A stretch of 62,988 nt of DNA, counting the filler, from Octopus bimaculoides (Eukaryota), in NCBI RefSeq assembly GCF_001194135.2. It is 8 parts of 8 records of this genome, joined end to end, with 100 filler letters (N's around TTAATTAATTAA, not from the genome) between each part and the next. Parts side by side here need not be neighbours in the genome. Positions count along the whole stretch, not along the records: positions 23,739 to 35,860 come from NC_068981.1; positions 35,961 to 53,824 come from NC_069006.1; 6 more parts are not named here. The stretch is one strand, 5' to 3'. The translations under genes were made by a program, and so were the position numbers. Numbering within the stretch: position 1 is the stretch's first letter; every line of letters starts with the position of its first letter. The notes beneath the pieces were generated by a model. The model searched no databases, had not been told where the DNA came from, and saw nothing but the letters and a program-made list of their open reading frames with translations. Below, piece by piece: positions 24,137-37,480 of this stretch.

Positions 24137-25578
24137 ATGAATGAATAAATAAGTAAATAAATAAATGAAATTCTGCTACTGTGAGAAATTATGCAAACGA
24201 TTACAGTCAAGGATTGGTTCAAGATAGCTGAAATTGTAACTTCGAGAATTAATAACTATTTAAAAAGGGTGATAGTTCTAAATAGTTAAGTATCTTTTAC
24301 ACGTAAAGAGACACTCATATCAACGCAAATTAACTGTGCTTTCCTAAGAAATTACCCGAGGGCAATTTATATACTTTAATTATGTGACAGATTGTAAGAT
24401 AGACAGATAAATAACAATGGCAGCTAAGTGGGTGGATAAGAAGACAGACAGGTAGGTATATGACTGAATAATGTTACGATTGAAAATCAAAAAAGATCTG
24501 TGTCCTGTCTAAGGAAAATGTATAACAGTTTTGACCGAGAGAAGATTTTCCTTGAACTTGACACAAAATTATAAACGCTGTAGGATGCTGTGATTTTAAC
24601 TGCAACTAAAAGTAAGTTTTAATCCTTACGTGTTATCTCATGGAGAAACCACATATTCCTTGAGGCTCGTGTGACAACAGCTTTGTTCTTTGTTTTGTAT
24701 TATTTTGTATTAAATACTTTCAAACAACTCCACGTGATTACAACAACAATTGCTTTATTGTCACGCCTTTTTATTTTACTGGTCCTTTTGGCGCTACCCT
24801 TAGTGACCTTAATTCTTCTTATCTCAGAATATAATTCCCAGTTGAAAAGGCCTGATTAGAATACTTATATGTCGAGTCCGTTGTTACAACTGAATCTGAT
24901 AATTTCAACAAGGGAGAAAAAGAAATGTTGTCATTAACATTTGTAATTGTGTATTTATCTCCTTTGAAGTATATATCCATTTCCTTAACATGCAGGTTTA
25001 TCATTATTAGCAGAAACACCTTTTTTTAGAATTATAGGTTACATCAATTTGAGAAAGATTTTTGTTTTTATAATAAATGTTTGTTATCTATCAGGTATTT
25101 AGGTTAAGAGGAACTCGCTTTTCTTGCAGAATACTTGTCGTATATTCAAATTATTTTAAGATTAGGACTGCTTAAGAATAATAAGAAACAGACACACAAA
25201 TTCTCCATTTTGTGTTTATAGAGACAAAGATGTATTTAAACAATTCATTGTTACTGTATCTTTTAAAAAATAAACGAAACGAAGCATTTCCAGTGAGTTT
25301 TACATGAGAGTATATGTCCTGAAAATATCTAAACTAACCGAACTTTGAGAGAAAGGGTGTTTCAGAATATCATCAAAGAAACTTCTTTTGTTGTTTGGTT
25401 TATATACAGGTGATGGTAGATCTCTATCAAAAGTTGATTATGTGCTTCAAGCAACATAGTTAATGTTAGTAATAACCGGAGAATACTCTTTAGATAACTG
25501 GGGTTTTTTTTTTAACCTATCGGTGACGTGTTGTAAGCTCGCAAGGAAGCAACAAGTGTCAAGAGATGCTCAAAGAAA

Positions 25579-25899
25579 CATTGAGTGCTTAGATGGGTGC
25601 AGGCCGTCGTCAAACTTTGGTGCCTAGGGAATGCTTCAGAATATTCTGGGTGGGAACTAATTTGTATTGCGGGAAGATTTTTGTATACTGTATTTCCTAA
25701 ATCTGAGGGTACACTATTGAATAGAGAGGGTGCAGTGCCGTCCAGTGCACCTTCTTGGCGACTGGCATGTTAGTCAAACTTGAAGAAACGTATTGCAGGA
25801 TGATTTTTGTAAACTGTATTTTCGAAATCTAAGGGTGCACCATTGAATAGTGAGGGCGCAGTTCCGTCAAATGCTCTCCTCTCCTTAGCGATGGGCATG
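25579..25899 (+). repeat. Diverged tandem repeat, period ~126 bp
   Basis: Units starting 25664 and 25790 align (gtattgc.gga.gatttttgta.actgtattt...aaatct.agggt.cac.attgaatag.gaggg.gcagt.ccgtc); partial third unit upstream. Confidence 0.75.
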
Positions 25900-26199
25900 G
25901 ATGAGTGGTGGTTATTCATAGAAATAAAATATTTAACTCAGTTACAATAGTTATATTTTAAACATGTTTTCAAAAATCTTTGTCGGGATTAAAATATGAA
26001 TAGGGAGGACGAAGTTTTCACTGGAGAAAGTAGAGATGATAAGGATGCTGAAGGAGATGAACTATTGCCCAAGAAACCTAAGTTCTTTGTTATACAAGAC
26101 TCCCCTGATAATGTCATCTCTTACTTTAACTTGTCAAGAAACTGATGATCGACAATGTTATCAACATTTTAAAACATTAAGGGAAGCCATCTTCCGGAA

Positions 26200-26760
26200 G
26201 CAGTACCAACTGGGTCGACAACTGTACCCAACTCATTTTGTAAGTCAGTTCGTCCCAACCCTGCTACAACTGTTAAACTTATCGATACTGATGACCTAAC
26301 AGCTACTGACTCAGTTCCTTCTCGGGCATCTTAGTTAGTTTGTCGGCTTGTGACAACTCAATCAGTTAGTCAATGAATGACAACTCGAGTCAGAGACAGC
26401 TACCCTCAGTTAGGGAGCGGAACGCTAGAATCATGATCACAAGCATGGCAGCTACTAAAGACAATGGTCAAATGGAGAAAGGAAATTAACTGTCAGCGGC
26501 TATGAGACCTAACTTCCCACACTCTCCCCCTTTCACTAACTCACTCTGTCTTCTCTGCACATTACCATATCTCTCTCTACGGTTTACTACTACAGTAAGA
26601 ACACACAGGCCGAAATTAACTTTTCTACTTCGCACGCTCTAAGATTTTATCACCTTCTTGTCGAGGTAATGTATATTCGATGTAACGCTAAATAAATATT
26701 TCCTTAAAACTTCAATCACTGTTCTTTCATCTTTACATAATGGCAATCAACGAAGAACCA
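26200..26760 (+). mobile_element. Possible LTR / LTR-retrotransposon end
   Basis: Ends in AATAAA...catctttACA (26737) followed by a PBS-like taatggcaatc; left boundary and TSD not found. Confidence 0.3.
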
Positions 26761-26966
26761 ATCCTTGCAAACTTATAACGACGCCAGCATTCCATCCTGC
26801 TGTGTATCAACTATCGTTTACCATATTATTGTTTATTAATTAATTCCAACCGTTACACAAAATTAATTTCATCTGTTACACACACACACACACACACACG
26901 CGCACGCACGCACACACACACACACACGCACGCACGCACGCACACACACACACACACGCACGCACG

Positions 26967-27012
<46 letters not shown>

Positions 27013-27538
27013 TAATGGTCCAGTCGTACATGTATTCGAAAAAGAAGGAAACGCTATGATCGGTCAGCGTACAAAACCAATGGTCAGTCTGTGACCGGCC
27101 ATAACAGACAAGCACCTAAATATGTATGTGTGTGTGTGTGTATGCTTATATATATATATATATGTATGTATGTATGCTTATGTATATATGAAGGAAAATG
27201 TTCTCTATGTGGTCTGTGTGTTTTCTGTACTCTGGTTATTATTATTTTTTTGTCTACGTTTTGTTTGCAATGTCATGTACCCAGATATGCACCTATATAT
27301 ACAGGTAGACGTAGGTATGCACATACCTGTACGTATATATGCATATACTCATTTGTTATTTGTTTTATATGTATATATAAGATCTTTTTTAAAACGGGGG
27401 CCACATTTTTCATTAANNNNNNNNNNNNNNNNNNNNNNNNNNNNNNNNNNNNNNNNNNNNNNNNNNNNNNNNNNNNNNNNNNNNNNNNNNNNNNNNNNNN
27501 NNNNNNNNNNNNNNNNNNNNNNNNNNNNNNNNNNNNNN

Positions 27539-27573
<35 letters not shown>

Positions 27574-27575
<2 letters not shown>

Positions 27576-27767
27576 CAGATTGGGTTTCAAGGTTCATATT
27601 TGTTCAACATTCTATTAAAAAACCTCAGAGATTTGCGAGGTGTGGTTTGACGCTCTTCAAAGAAAGTCTGGTCGGATTTTTATCTGAAATACCAGATGAA
27701 CCCACATTGCTGCAGGAGGCACAAAGAGCAGTTCTCTTACCGAAAAGATGCCCAAACACACTGAAAG
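27574..27767 (+). mobile_element. CR1/L2-like LINE 3' fragment
   Basis: [26 protein letters not shown] resembles the FK..LD.FL..VPDEP end of CR1-group ORF2. Confidence 0.6.
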
Positions 27768-27943
27768 GTGTTCCAGCATGGCTTCACTCTCTGGCTGAAA
27801 CCGGTAAGAGATAACAGATAAAAGATATATCTAGAACTATACGCCCAGTTTTCTTTCTTAATATGGAAATTTGAGGGAAATTTGCCTGCTGTGTGTAGTA
27901 GGCCAAGCGGTCCGCATAGGCGCTCTGTCGTTGGCTAATAATC

Positions 27944-28010
<67 letters not shown>

Positions 28011-28150
28011 CATCATCATCATTAGTAGTAGTAGTAGTAGTAGTAGTAATTGATGTTGTTGTTGCTGTGGTGGTCGTTATTGTTGTTCATTACTTTCGAG
28101 TAGTTCTGATCGTATAGACGTATGTGTATCTAGAAAACTTGCGCGCGCGT

Positions 28151-28214
<64 letters not shown>

Positions 28215-28941
28215 TTGTGTATGTATGAATGTGCATGTGCATGTATGTATTCATACACATACATATGTGTGGTATGTGTGTGAATATGCACGCGCGTATA
28301 CACACAACCACACACAAACAAACAAATGCAAAGAATAACCAAGATTAGCAAATCCTCATTGCGATAATCGCTAAAATCTTTTCTCATGTTAATTACTGCT
28401 TATAATTTAAATTGATAAGAATCTTTTGTTGTGACTCTATAAGCCTAAGGTTTATTTAATTAAGCTACCTAATGTGAGCATTTCAAATATCTAGATATCT
28501 CCTGTTATCTTATGCACTTTCAGATTAAGACCGACATTTTACCTGCAGGTTTTTGTTTGATAAAACTGAGATTTAATACCTTCTTCTCACTTCCTCTTTC
28601 CCTCTCTTTTCTTTCCCTCTTTTTCCCTCTTCTCCTCTTCCCTAGTGTCTTCTATGATTCTTATAATTTCAACCTTAAATACACGAGCCAACGATAGCTT
28701 CTCTACACGATCATTCATAATAAGTAACAGTGAAATATCGCTCTGAAATCACCATTTAGCGTCTTAAGGATGGAAAGACACTTTGGACAGTCTTTTCCTA
28801 AGTATACAAAATGGGTTGATCACCTTCTTGTATATCTAGAACAGGAGCTTTCAACCATCTTTTATCTATGGACCCCTTTGATTACTGCTTTATTCTGGTG
28901 GACCCATAACCATTCGATGTTTAAAACAAGTTTTATAGAAA

Positions 28942-29134
28942 CTTTCAGTGTGTTTGGGCATTTTTTCGGTAAGAGAACTGCTCTTTGTGCCTCCTGCAGC
29001 GATGTGGATTCATCTGGTATTTCAGATAAAAATCCGACCAGACTTTCTTTGAAGAGCGTCACACCACACCTCGCAAATCTCTGAGGTTGTTTAATAGAAT
29101 GTTGAACAAATATGGACCTTGAAGCCCAATCTGT

Positions 29135-29135
<1 letters not shown>
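28942..29135 (-). mobile_element. Inverted near-identical copy of 27574-27767
   Basis: 7 substitutions in 194 nt by eye; same end points; both adjoin (TG)n on the element strand. Confidence 0.85.
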
Positions 29136-29187
<52 letters not shown>

Positions 29188-29846
29188 TTGCATGTACATA
29201 TACATATATATAGACAACATATGCATATATGCATATATATATATATACATACATATATATATATATACATATATATACATATATATAAATATATACGTAT
29301 ATATACATAAGCATACATATATATGTAAACATAATATACGTATATATACATATATACATATAAATACACACGCATATATACCTGTATATATATATATATA
29401 NNNNNNNNNNNNNNNNNNNNNNNNNNNNNNNNNNNNNNNNNNNNNNNNNNNNNNNNNNNNNNNNNNNNNNNNNNNNNNNNNNNNNNNNNNNNNNNNNNNN
29501 NNNNNNNNNNNNNNNNNNNNNNNNNNNNNNNNNNNNNNNNNNNNNNNNNNNNNNNNNNNNNNNNNNNNNNNNNNNNNNNNNNNNNNNNNNNNNNNNNNNN
29601 NNNNNNNNNNNNNNNNNNNNNNNNNNNNNNNNNNNNNNNNNNNNNNNNNNNNNNNNNNNNNNNNNNNNNNNNNNNNNNNNNNNNNNNNNNNNNNNNNNNN
29701 NNNNNNNNNNNNNNNNNNNNNNNNNNNNNNNNNNNNNNNNNNNNNNNNNNNNNNNNNNNNNNNNNNNNNNNNNNNNNNNNNNNNNNNNNNNNNNNNNNNN
29801 NNNNNNNNNNNNNNNNNNNNNNNNNNNNNNNNNNNNNNNNNNNNAT

Positions 29847-29894
<48 letters not shown>

Positions 29895-29989
29895 ATATAC
29901 GCATGCGTATATACTTACATGCATATATACATACATATATACTGCCGTCCTGGGTCCATCTGCTCTCTACAAACCCATTGTAGTTGATC

Positions 29990-30125
29990 TAATGTAATTT
30001 ATAAATGCACCATCCTCAACAGATAACATAATTCTACAGCTGTATATACGATCAGCCATAAATTTTAAACAGCGATATGCCGCTCATCTCAATTCTTTTA
30101 GATACGAGGAAGACAGTAAACAGAT
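29990..30125 (+). mobile_element. Penelope-like GIY-YIG endonuclease fragment
   Basis: NVIYKCT...(frameshift) YIRSAINFKQRYAAHLNSFRYE, resembling the IY.C...YIG.T..FK.R...H..SF pattern. Confidence 0.55.
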
Positions 30126-30427
30126 ATAACAGATATAACAGATATAACAGATGATTTAATCTTTTGTTTTACTTGATTCAGCTATTGGAGTGTGGCCATA
30201 CTGAGACTGCCTTGAAGAATTTAGTAGATCAAATCGACCCAGTACATATTCCATTCTGGTAATTATTCTATTGGCATCTTTTCTTGAACCGCTAATTCAC
30301 GTGGACGTAAACAAATCAACAGAAGTTGTCAAGCGGTGAGAAACAAGCCCTAATGTAAATACTCGCACATATACATAACACACACTCCTTCATATACAAA
30401 TTCATATAAAGCGCCGGGAAGATTAAA

Positions 30428-30638
30428 GTAAAATTGCTGTGGAGAGTGGGATTTCTAACATTTCCATCGAGTCCTTCTTCAGGGTTAGATGACAGGGGTA
30501 AACAATAAGGAAACTCAGTAGAGTTTTACTTCTTCTGTATTTCAAGGTCTGGCTGCAACTGATGGGGAACGCAAAAAAACTTTCGAGAAGGTCTCTGTCC
30601 AAAACGTTGGAAACTCCAGTCCTCCATAGCAATTTTAC
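30428..30638. mobile_element. Penelope-like terminal repeat pair in inverted orientation, each with a decayed hammerhead
   Basis: Minus copy (30488 to 30428): cCTGAAGAaggactcgatgGAAAtgttag...agcaattttac; plus copy (30581-30638): ttcgagaaggtctctgtccaaaacgttgg...agcaattttac. Confidence 0.55.
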
Positions 30639-31589
30639 GTTACCTTAGATCCTATGACACTTTTTCCAAATAACACAAGTCTTGCTGATACAAATCACCA
30701 TTAATCAAATGAATAGGGCAGACGAAGTTCTCACTGGCAACAGCAAAGCTGATAAGGATGTTGAAGGCCTCCGTATTTTAGTGTTTTTATCTAACACACA
30801 CATGCACACACACACACACACNNNNNNNNNNNNNNNNNNNNNNNNNNNNNNNNNNNNNNNNNNNNNNNNNNNNNNNNNNNNNNNNNNNNNNNNNNNNNNN
30901 NNNNNNNNNNNNNNNNNNNNNNNNNNNNNNNNNNNNNNNNNNNNNNNNNNNNNNNNNNNNNNNNNNNNNNNNNNNNNNNNNNNNNNNNNNNNNNNNNNNN
31001 NNNNNNNNNNNNNNNNNNNNNNNNNNNNNNNNNNNNNNNNNNNNNNNNNNNNNNNNNNNNNNNNNNNNNNNNNNNNNNNNNGGGGGTAGATAGCAGAATA
31101 GACAGCATGCAGGACAAAGGTTATACAGTATTTAGTTACCGGCAACTTGAACAGTCACCAAGGACACCACATACTAGGAGTGTCAGGTCATGTGTTTAGG
31201 GCTTCCAAAATGTGAAAATAAAACACAAAATGAAATAAAACGCACAATTCATAAAATATATAGTGCTTAGTTACGTAGGGGTAGTGTAGCTGTTGAATTT
31301 TGAAACCTGATTTTGAAAGTTAAATGTAATTCGAAAAGCCATTAAGAGAACATCAACAAATATTTAATTAGCAAATGATTTTATTTTTTGAAAATTATTT
31401 TGAAATAATGAGCATGTATGAATAATGTTGATTTAATTGCTAGCGCAACTTTTTTGGATAAATCCGTCTCTCTAAATTTTGTCGTTCAGTGTTTTTGAAG
31501 TAAAACCAATGAAAGGTGCTCTGCATTTCGGAGGTTAGAAGAATTACTTACATGAACCAAAACTTTACGAACGCATTTGTATTGTCATT

Positions 31590-32385
31590 GCAGACTTAGG
31601 CAATATTGTCTAAGGAAGGAATTTTGAGTATTTTAAAAAGTAAATTTGAAAACTGGCCTCCAGAAGATGTCAACTACTATGGTCCAGTACACTAGCTAGG
31701 AGAGTTATCTAAAGCGGAAACAGATCTCATCATTATGAAAAGGAGTGTATTCTATTAATAAGTGGCAAAGTTTACAAAAAGATACAAATAAAAGACGTTT
31801 CTCTGTGACAATGATTTATAAAAAAAATTAACAACGGAAATAATTTCCCTAGAAGGTAGCTTGTCTATCCAGAGAGCACCAATAAAATTTATTGTTTTCG
31901 GTTTCTCAGATAAGTTATTTTAGGGAAAATCTGGAATTACTAATTGGAAGCATACTCATAAATATTTACAATCGCATGAATTTTCAGTATATCATATGGA
32001 GCGTTTTAAGAAGAGGTTTGAGACATCCTTGTCATTGCAGCACAATAAAATGATTGAAGAGAGGCAATCATGTGTGGGGAAAACGAGAGCGTTGGTGTAG
32101 AGTTTTGGAATGTTTAATATGCATTAATGACTGCAAGCATATTGTGAACAATGCTTTAGAATTATTTCCTGGAGATGTAAATCTTCCGATATAATCCATT
32201 AGATTTATTAACAGTAATAAGTAACAAGATACCATACCAAATCTGTGGATTGCATTGAGAATAAAGCTTACGATACCTGCATCTATGACCACGGAGGAGA
32301 GAAGCTTCAGTAAACTAAAGCTGATAAATCATACTGCCTATGACAATTCTTTTGTCAATTGAAAATGCTAAAAAAACATATAGAG
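31590..32385 (+). mobile_element. hAT transposase relic (TTF-type zinc finger plus dimerisation domain), internally deleted
   Basis: LVYPESTNKIYCF, GITNWKHTHKYLQSHEFS..H, and DTIPNLWIALRIKLTIPASMTTEERSFSKLKLI (the hAT C-terminal ERSFSKLKLIK motif); multiple stops. Confidence 0.85.
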
Positions 32386-32599
32386 GGCGATATAAAAGTA
32401 TTTACTGTTTTAATTTAGTATGTTTTATCAGTATCCTTTTGTTTATATGCTTTTATTTGGAGCAAATTTCGTTATATCCACAGGAAGTCAATGGCACCTT
32501 TCGCACTGACTCTTCGTCATTGATCTTCCTTTCAGTTTCTTTTTGCAACTAAAATATACCAAGATCATTACCAGTAACCTAGATATCTCTCTTTCCCCG

Positions 32600-32663
<64 letters not shown>

Positions 32664-32770
32664 CATTTTATCCTAGTTTATAAATGAAAGGATTTGAAAC
32701 GTAGATGCTGTGTTTGATCTGTTCTCTTTAACATGTATATTGAATAATCCCACTCTCCTAGTTATATTCG

Positions 32771-32970
32771 TGGAGGCGCGTAACTTAGTGGTTAAGGTGT
32801 CAGACACATGTAAGTAAGATTGTGGTTTTGATTCCTAGACCGAGCGACGCGTTGTGTTCTTGAGCAAAACACTTCATTGTATGTTGCTCCAGTCCGCTCA
32901 TCTGGCAAGAATGAGTAATCTTACGACGGACCGGTGTCCTGTCCAGGAGGGAATATACACGCCATAGAAT
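32771..32970 (+). mobile_element. tRNA-derived SINE, full head
   Basis: tggaggcgcgtaacttagtggttaagg A-box, ttttgattcc B-box-like, body related to the 1590-1880 family. Confidence 0.75.
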
Positions 32971-33370
32971 CCGAGTCGGGTAGGATCTTTATCCTATCTT
33001 TTTTTCTATCTACCCTAGTTACGTTGGTTTCAATATAATTTCGGGAGAGAAGATGAGTCGGTTACATCGACCCCGGTGATCAACTGGTACTTATTTTATC
33101 GACCCCGATAGTATAAAAGGCAAAGTCGACATCGGCGGGATATGGAATCATAACGAAAAGACGGACTAAATGCCGCTAAGCATTTTGTCCGGCGTGCTCA
33201 CGATTCTACCTTTTCGCGGCCTCCCTCTCTCCTAGTTGTATTAATGAAAGGATTTGAAACGGTGTGTTTGAACCGTTCTCTTTAACTTGAATATTAAAAA
33301 TCACTCTATCCCTACATTTGATGCCTGAAATAATCTTAACGATAATAATAATTTTGGAAAATTATACATA

Positions 33371-34261
33371 CGAAGTCTGATCAATAAGTATCCGGAGTGT
33401 TTCCATAGTAACGAAGCTAAAGCACGTAGAGTGAAGCCGCTTGGCACAGATTGACCTTAAACTCTGCTGTGCAAGTGCACTAAGTTTTAACGTTCTATCT
33501 CACTTCTACTGTTTACAGCAGTGCTTGGAAGGATCATGTGTTGTGTGTGATCGTCGCATTGACCACGACAGAGAAAGTTGTCATGGGGATACCTGTTCAG
33601 AGGCCTATGCAGAGTTGCAGAAAGTGTATGAAGAGGAGTGTATGAGCCGCACACAAGCGTACGAGTGAGTCAGATGTTTCCAAGATGGCTGAAAAAATGT
33701 CGATATTGACGATCGTTCTGGGAGACCTGCAACCAGCAAAACTGAGAAAAACATAGCAGATATCCGTGCAGCTGTGAGGGGAAATCGTCGAATCACCATC
33801 CGTGAATCATCAGAGGATGTGCAGATTAGTTACCGCTCAGTTCAGTCCATTATCACTGAAGATTTGAGTATGAGACGCGTGTCTGCAAGTTTGTACCAAA
33901 ACTGTTTTCAGCTGATCAAAAAGACACTCGGGTTTCAGTTGCACAAGATCTTGATTGTGTCAAGAACAATGAAAACTTTTTGAAAACTTTGTGTAGGCCT
34001 CTGAACAGGTATCACCAAGCTTTTGGCAAAATCCGATGCAGATTCTCTGTTCAACTCGCTCTGTCATGGTCAATACGACGATCACACGCTACATACCTTC
34101 CTTCCAAGCACTGCTGTAAACTGCAGAAGTGAGCCAGAGCGTTTAAACTTAGTACACATGCACAGCAGAGTTTAAGGTCAATCTGTGCCAAGTGGCTTCA
34201 CTCTCCGTGCTTTAGCTTCGTTACCATGGCAACAGTCCGGGTACTTATTGATCAGACCACC
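33371..34261 (+). mobile_element. Mariner deletion derivative with ~260-290-bp inverted repeats
   Basis: TA at both ends; mariner HTH (GDTCSEAYAELQKVYEEECMSRTQAYE...DDRSGRP...NRRITIRE...LSMRRVSA/FVPKL) ending at NENFLKT; 33969-34261 is an inverted copy of the 5' end including MTERVEQRICIGFCQKLG. Confidence 0.92.
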
Positions 34262-34469
34262 TATAAGGGTGCCGCAATTCAGCTAAGTCAGATTGCCAGC
34301 AAACCAGGAGCTGAGTTTTATTGACACCCATTCATGTCGTAAATAAAATTCCTATTGGGAGAGAATGTGTTTTTCATTCTTCTGGGTTCTGTAAAATAAG
34401 TACCGGTCAAGTACCAGATATGTAATCAGCTATCAGCTTCCAAGACATCTGTGGCTCTGTGTCTATGTT

Positions 34470-34555
<86 letters not shown>

Positions 34556-35144
34556 CTCCCCCCCCCTCTTTCAGAGAAAGTATAGTTAATTAAATCGATC
34601 CCGTTTTTATTTCGCTTATTGACCCTGATATTCTACTTAGATTAAAAACATTACAACAAAATCTTTTGCTCTATGCACTGCCGTCCGGCCATCCAGAGCG
34701 CTTGTTTCATTAATCTAAAATACTCGTCGTCTTCATTCAAAGAAAAAAAAACAACATTAAGATGGGCAATTGAGTCAATTTTTCATCCATTTATGCATAT
34801 ATTAATTTGCTATCTGTCCAGAGTTTATAAAATAATCTAAAGGGAATATTCATCACCAATTCGATAGATAGATCGAAAAGATGAATAGCGGAAAATAATA
34901 TCCAGATGTTACTGAAACTCGTTCCCATATAGGTCAACCTAACACTACATTGGAATATGAGGTATGTGATCTGCAGGATGTCTCTAGAACATCAGTTTTA
35001 TTAGGCAGATTATTAGTAGTATTATTGTACAAATTATAATTATAATATCGATTAGGATTGATTTGGCTTTGATTAAATATCACCAAAATAAAAGATGTTG
35101 CATACATATGCATTTATTATATTTCTGTCTTCACGTACGTAAAT

Positions 35145-35214
<70 letters not shown>

Positions 35215-35340
35215 NNNNNNNNNNNNNNNNNNNNNNNNNNNNNNNNNNNNNNNNNNNNNNNNNNNNNNNNNNNNNNNNNNNNNNNNNNNNNNNNNNNNNN
35301 NNNNNNNNNNNNNNNNNNNNNNNNNNNNNNNNNNNNNNNN

Positions 35341-35413
<73 letters not shown>

Positions 35414-36249
35414 AATATATATAGATATAGATATATACAAACAATATATGAGTATATTCATATATACGTACATGTATGTACATACCTTCATCTACATGTA
35501 CATATAGATACATAACTGGGTACATGACGTGGCAAAAGAACATGGACAAAATGATAAACAAGGTACAACAAACAAGCAGACCACATAGAAACATCTCCTT
35601 CACCAGCTGCCCCCATTAAAACACCGGCGTTTCGAAGAATTAAGGCAGTACGCATCGTTGAAATGGTTCTTCCCACGAACACAAATTAAATTGTTTTCGT
35701 GGAGGGTAGTGGCGGACGGAAAACAAGACAGGAAAACGAAACGGTGAATAAACAAACAAAAAGGCTGTACAGCCAGGCGTGAAATGTGTATGTATTGAAC
35801 GCTGTGAAGCACGAACAGGAGGGGCAAAGAAGTACGTGCGAGCTTGGGGAGTCCAAGAACNNNNNNNNNNNNNNNNNNNNNNNNNNNNNNNNNNNNNNNN
35901 NNNNTTAATTAATTAANNNNNNNNNNNNNNNNNNNNNNNNNNNNNNNNNNNNNNNNNNNNTGTATGTATGTATGTATGTGTATATATGTATGTATGTATG
36001 TATGTGTATATATGTATGTATGTATGTATGTGTATATATGTATGTATGTATGTATGTGTATATATGTATGTATGTGTATGTATGTATGTATGTATATATA
36101 TATATATGTATATATATATGTATGTATGAAAGAATGTTCGGTCTAAATTTGACAGTTTGCATAAAAGGAAAAGAAAGCACAATATCCTATACAAAAACAA
36201 AAGTATTTTTAAACATCAAGAATATCAACTTGGTTATGGTTGGTAGATA

Positions 36250-36720
36250 AAAGTCTACTAAAAATAGTTGCCTTCAGCTTCCACCACGGCCTAAAAACGG
36301 ATCTGGAACTTGGTGCATGCGTTCCTCACTGTGTTCCTGGGAAGATCTTCGAACACCTCCTTGATCTTGGCCACCAGCTCGGCCTTGGCATTGCAGGCAG
36401 AGTGGTTGGTGTCTTTCCTAACCGCGTCCCACATATAGTAATCTATGGAATTACAATCGGGGGTGAGTTAGGAGGCCAGAAATTGCAACCGGTGAAGTCG
36501 TAGAGATTCTCCGACAACCACTTCTGACTTTCCGGATGTATGACAATGATCCGAATCCTGCTGTCATACAAATGACCTTCCAAGAGCAACCCTTTCCAGC
36601 CAGAGTTTGTCTACAGTCTCCAGCAGCTTCACATAGCCGTCCGAATTGAGCCTAAAGTTCTATTCAAGGATGTGGGTCTGTATAACGTCACTATCACCAG
36701 AGAAGCACCCCCTTGGTTCT
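36250..36720 (-). mobile_element. DD37D (maT) transposase C-terminal relic, second family
   Basis: RLNSDGYVKLLETV...QQDS...DYYMWDAVRKDTNHSACNAKAELVAKIKEVFEDLPRNTVRNACTKFQIRF*AVVEAEGNYF. Confidence 0.85.
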
Positions 36721-37189
36721 AATGATGTCCATGTCAAGTCTTCTAGCCTTTACAGTGTTCACAGAGCATTGAGCTGCAGTCATGAAGTCTGCGTTTTGAT
36801 ACTCGACATGAATCATCAGGATACAAGTAACTCTTTTCCAATTTTCAGATGACTTCCAGTCCTCCAAAACGCCAGCTTAGTTTTCTAGTTGAGGGATATA
36901 TTTGGTTATTGTAATATATGTAGTTTTTCGTTGTGACAATGGCAACAGATGTTCTCTCCGAATGAATAGAAGCATGCTCCAAGCTATGCTGTATGGGTTG
37001 ATTCCCTGGTGCAAGAATTTCGAGAAAAAGAATGTGGAGTTTCCCTGTCCTCTGAAGGAATGTATGCGTAAGGTAAACTTACCATTGTAGTCACTTACGA
37101 TATGCTCTATGTAGTACCTTATAATAGCGTCAGGTAGGATAGGTGTTACCCTATGGGCTACTACAACAACAACAGTACCATTAGGGCTG

Positions 37190-37480
37190 CTGGACGGGAG
37201 TTAGCCTTGGGCTACATAGCAAAAACAATGATAACACAGCTCCGGTACTATGGACATGTGGTTAGCATATCGCAAAGAAAGAATCGCGAGACGGATTCTT
37301 CAAGCCGAACCAACCTGCAGGAGACATAAGGGTAGATCAAGAACAAAATGGTTGGATAATATCCATAATCTCAGTTGAGGATCCATCCGGAAAGTCTAAC
37401 GACGGTTGCTTCTGATAGGATACAATGGACCCTACTCACACAACCCTTCCAGGAATAGTGGGTGGAAAAGGTGGATGGAT
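37190..37480 (+). mobile_element. RTE-like LINE 3' end
   Basis: QLRYYGHVV... and GRSRTKWLDNI, matching the RTE L..FGHV.R...GRP..RW.D motifs. Confidence 0.65.

Noticed and set aside
24430-25430. Possible decayed transposase on the minus strand
   Set aside because: No catalytic motif could be aligned with confidence.
35585-35650. Permuted (type II-like) hammerhead on the minus strand, with a similar motif at ~59280-59345
   Set aside because: Core CTGGTGA and GAAACGCC lack the required bases and stem I cannot be drawn; only a family consensus could rescue it.
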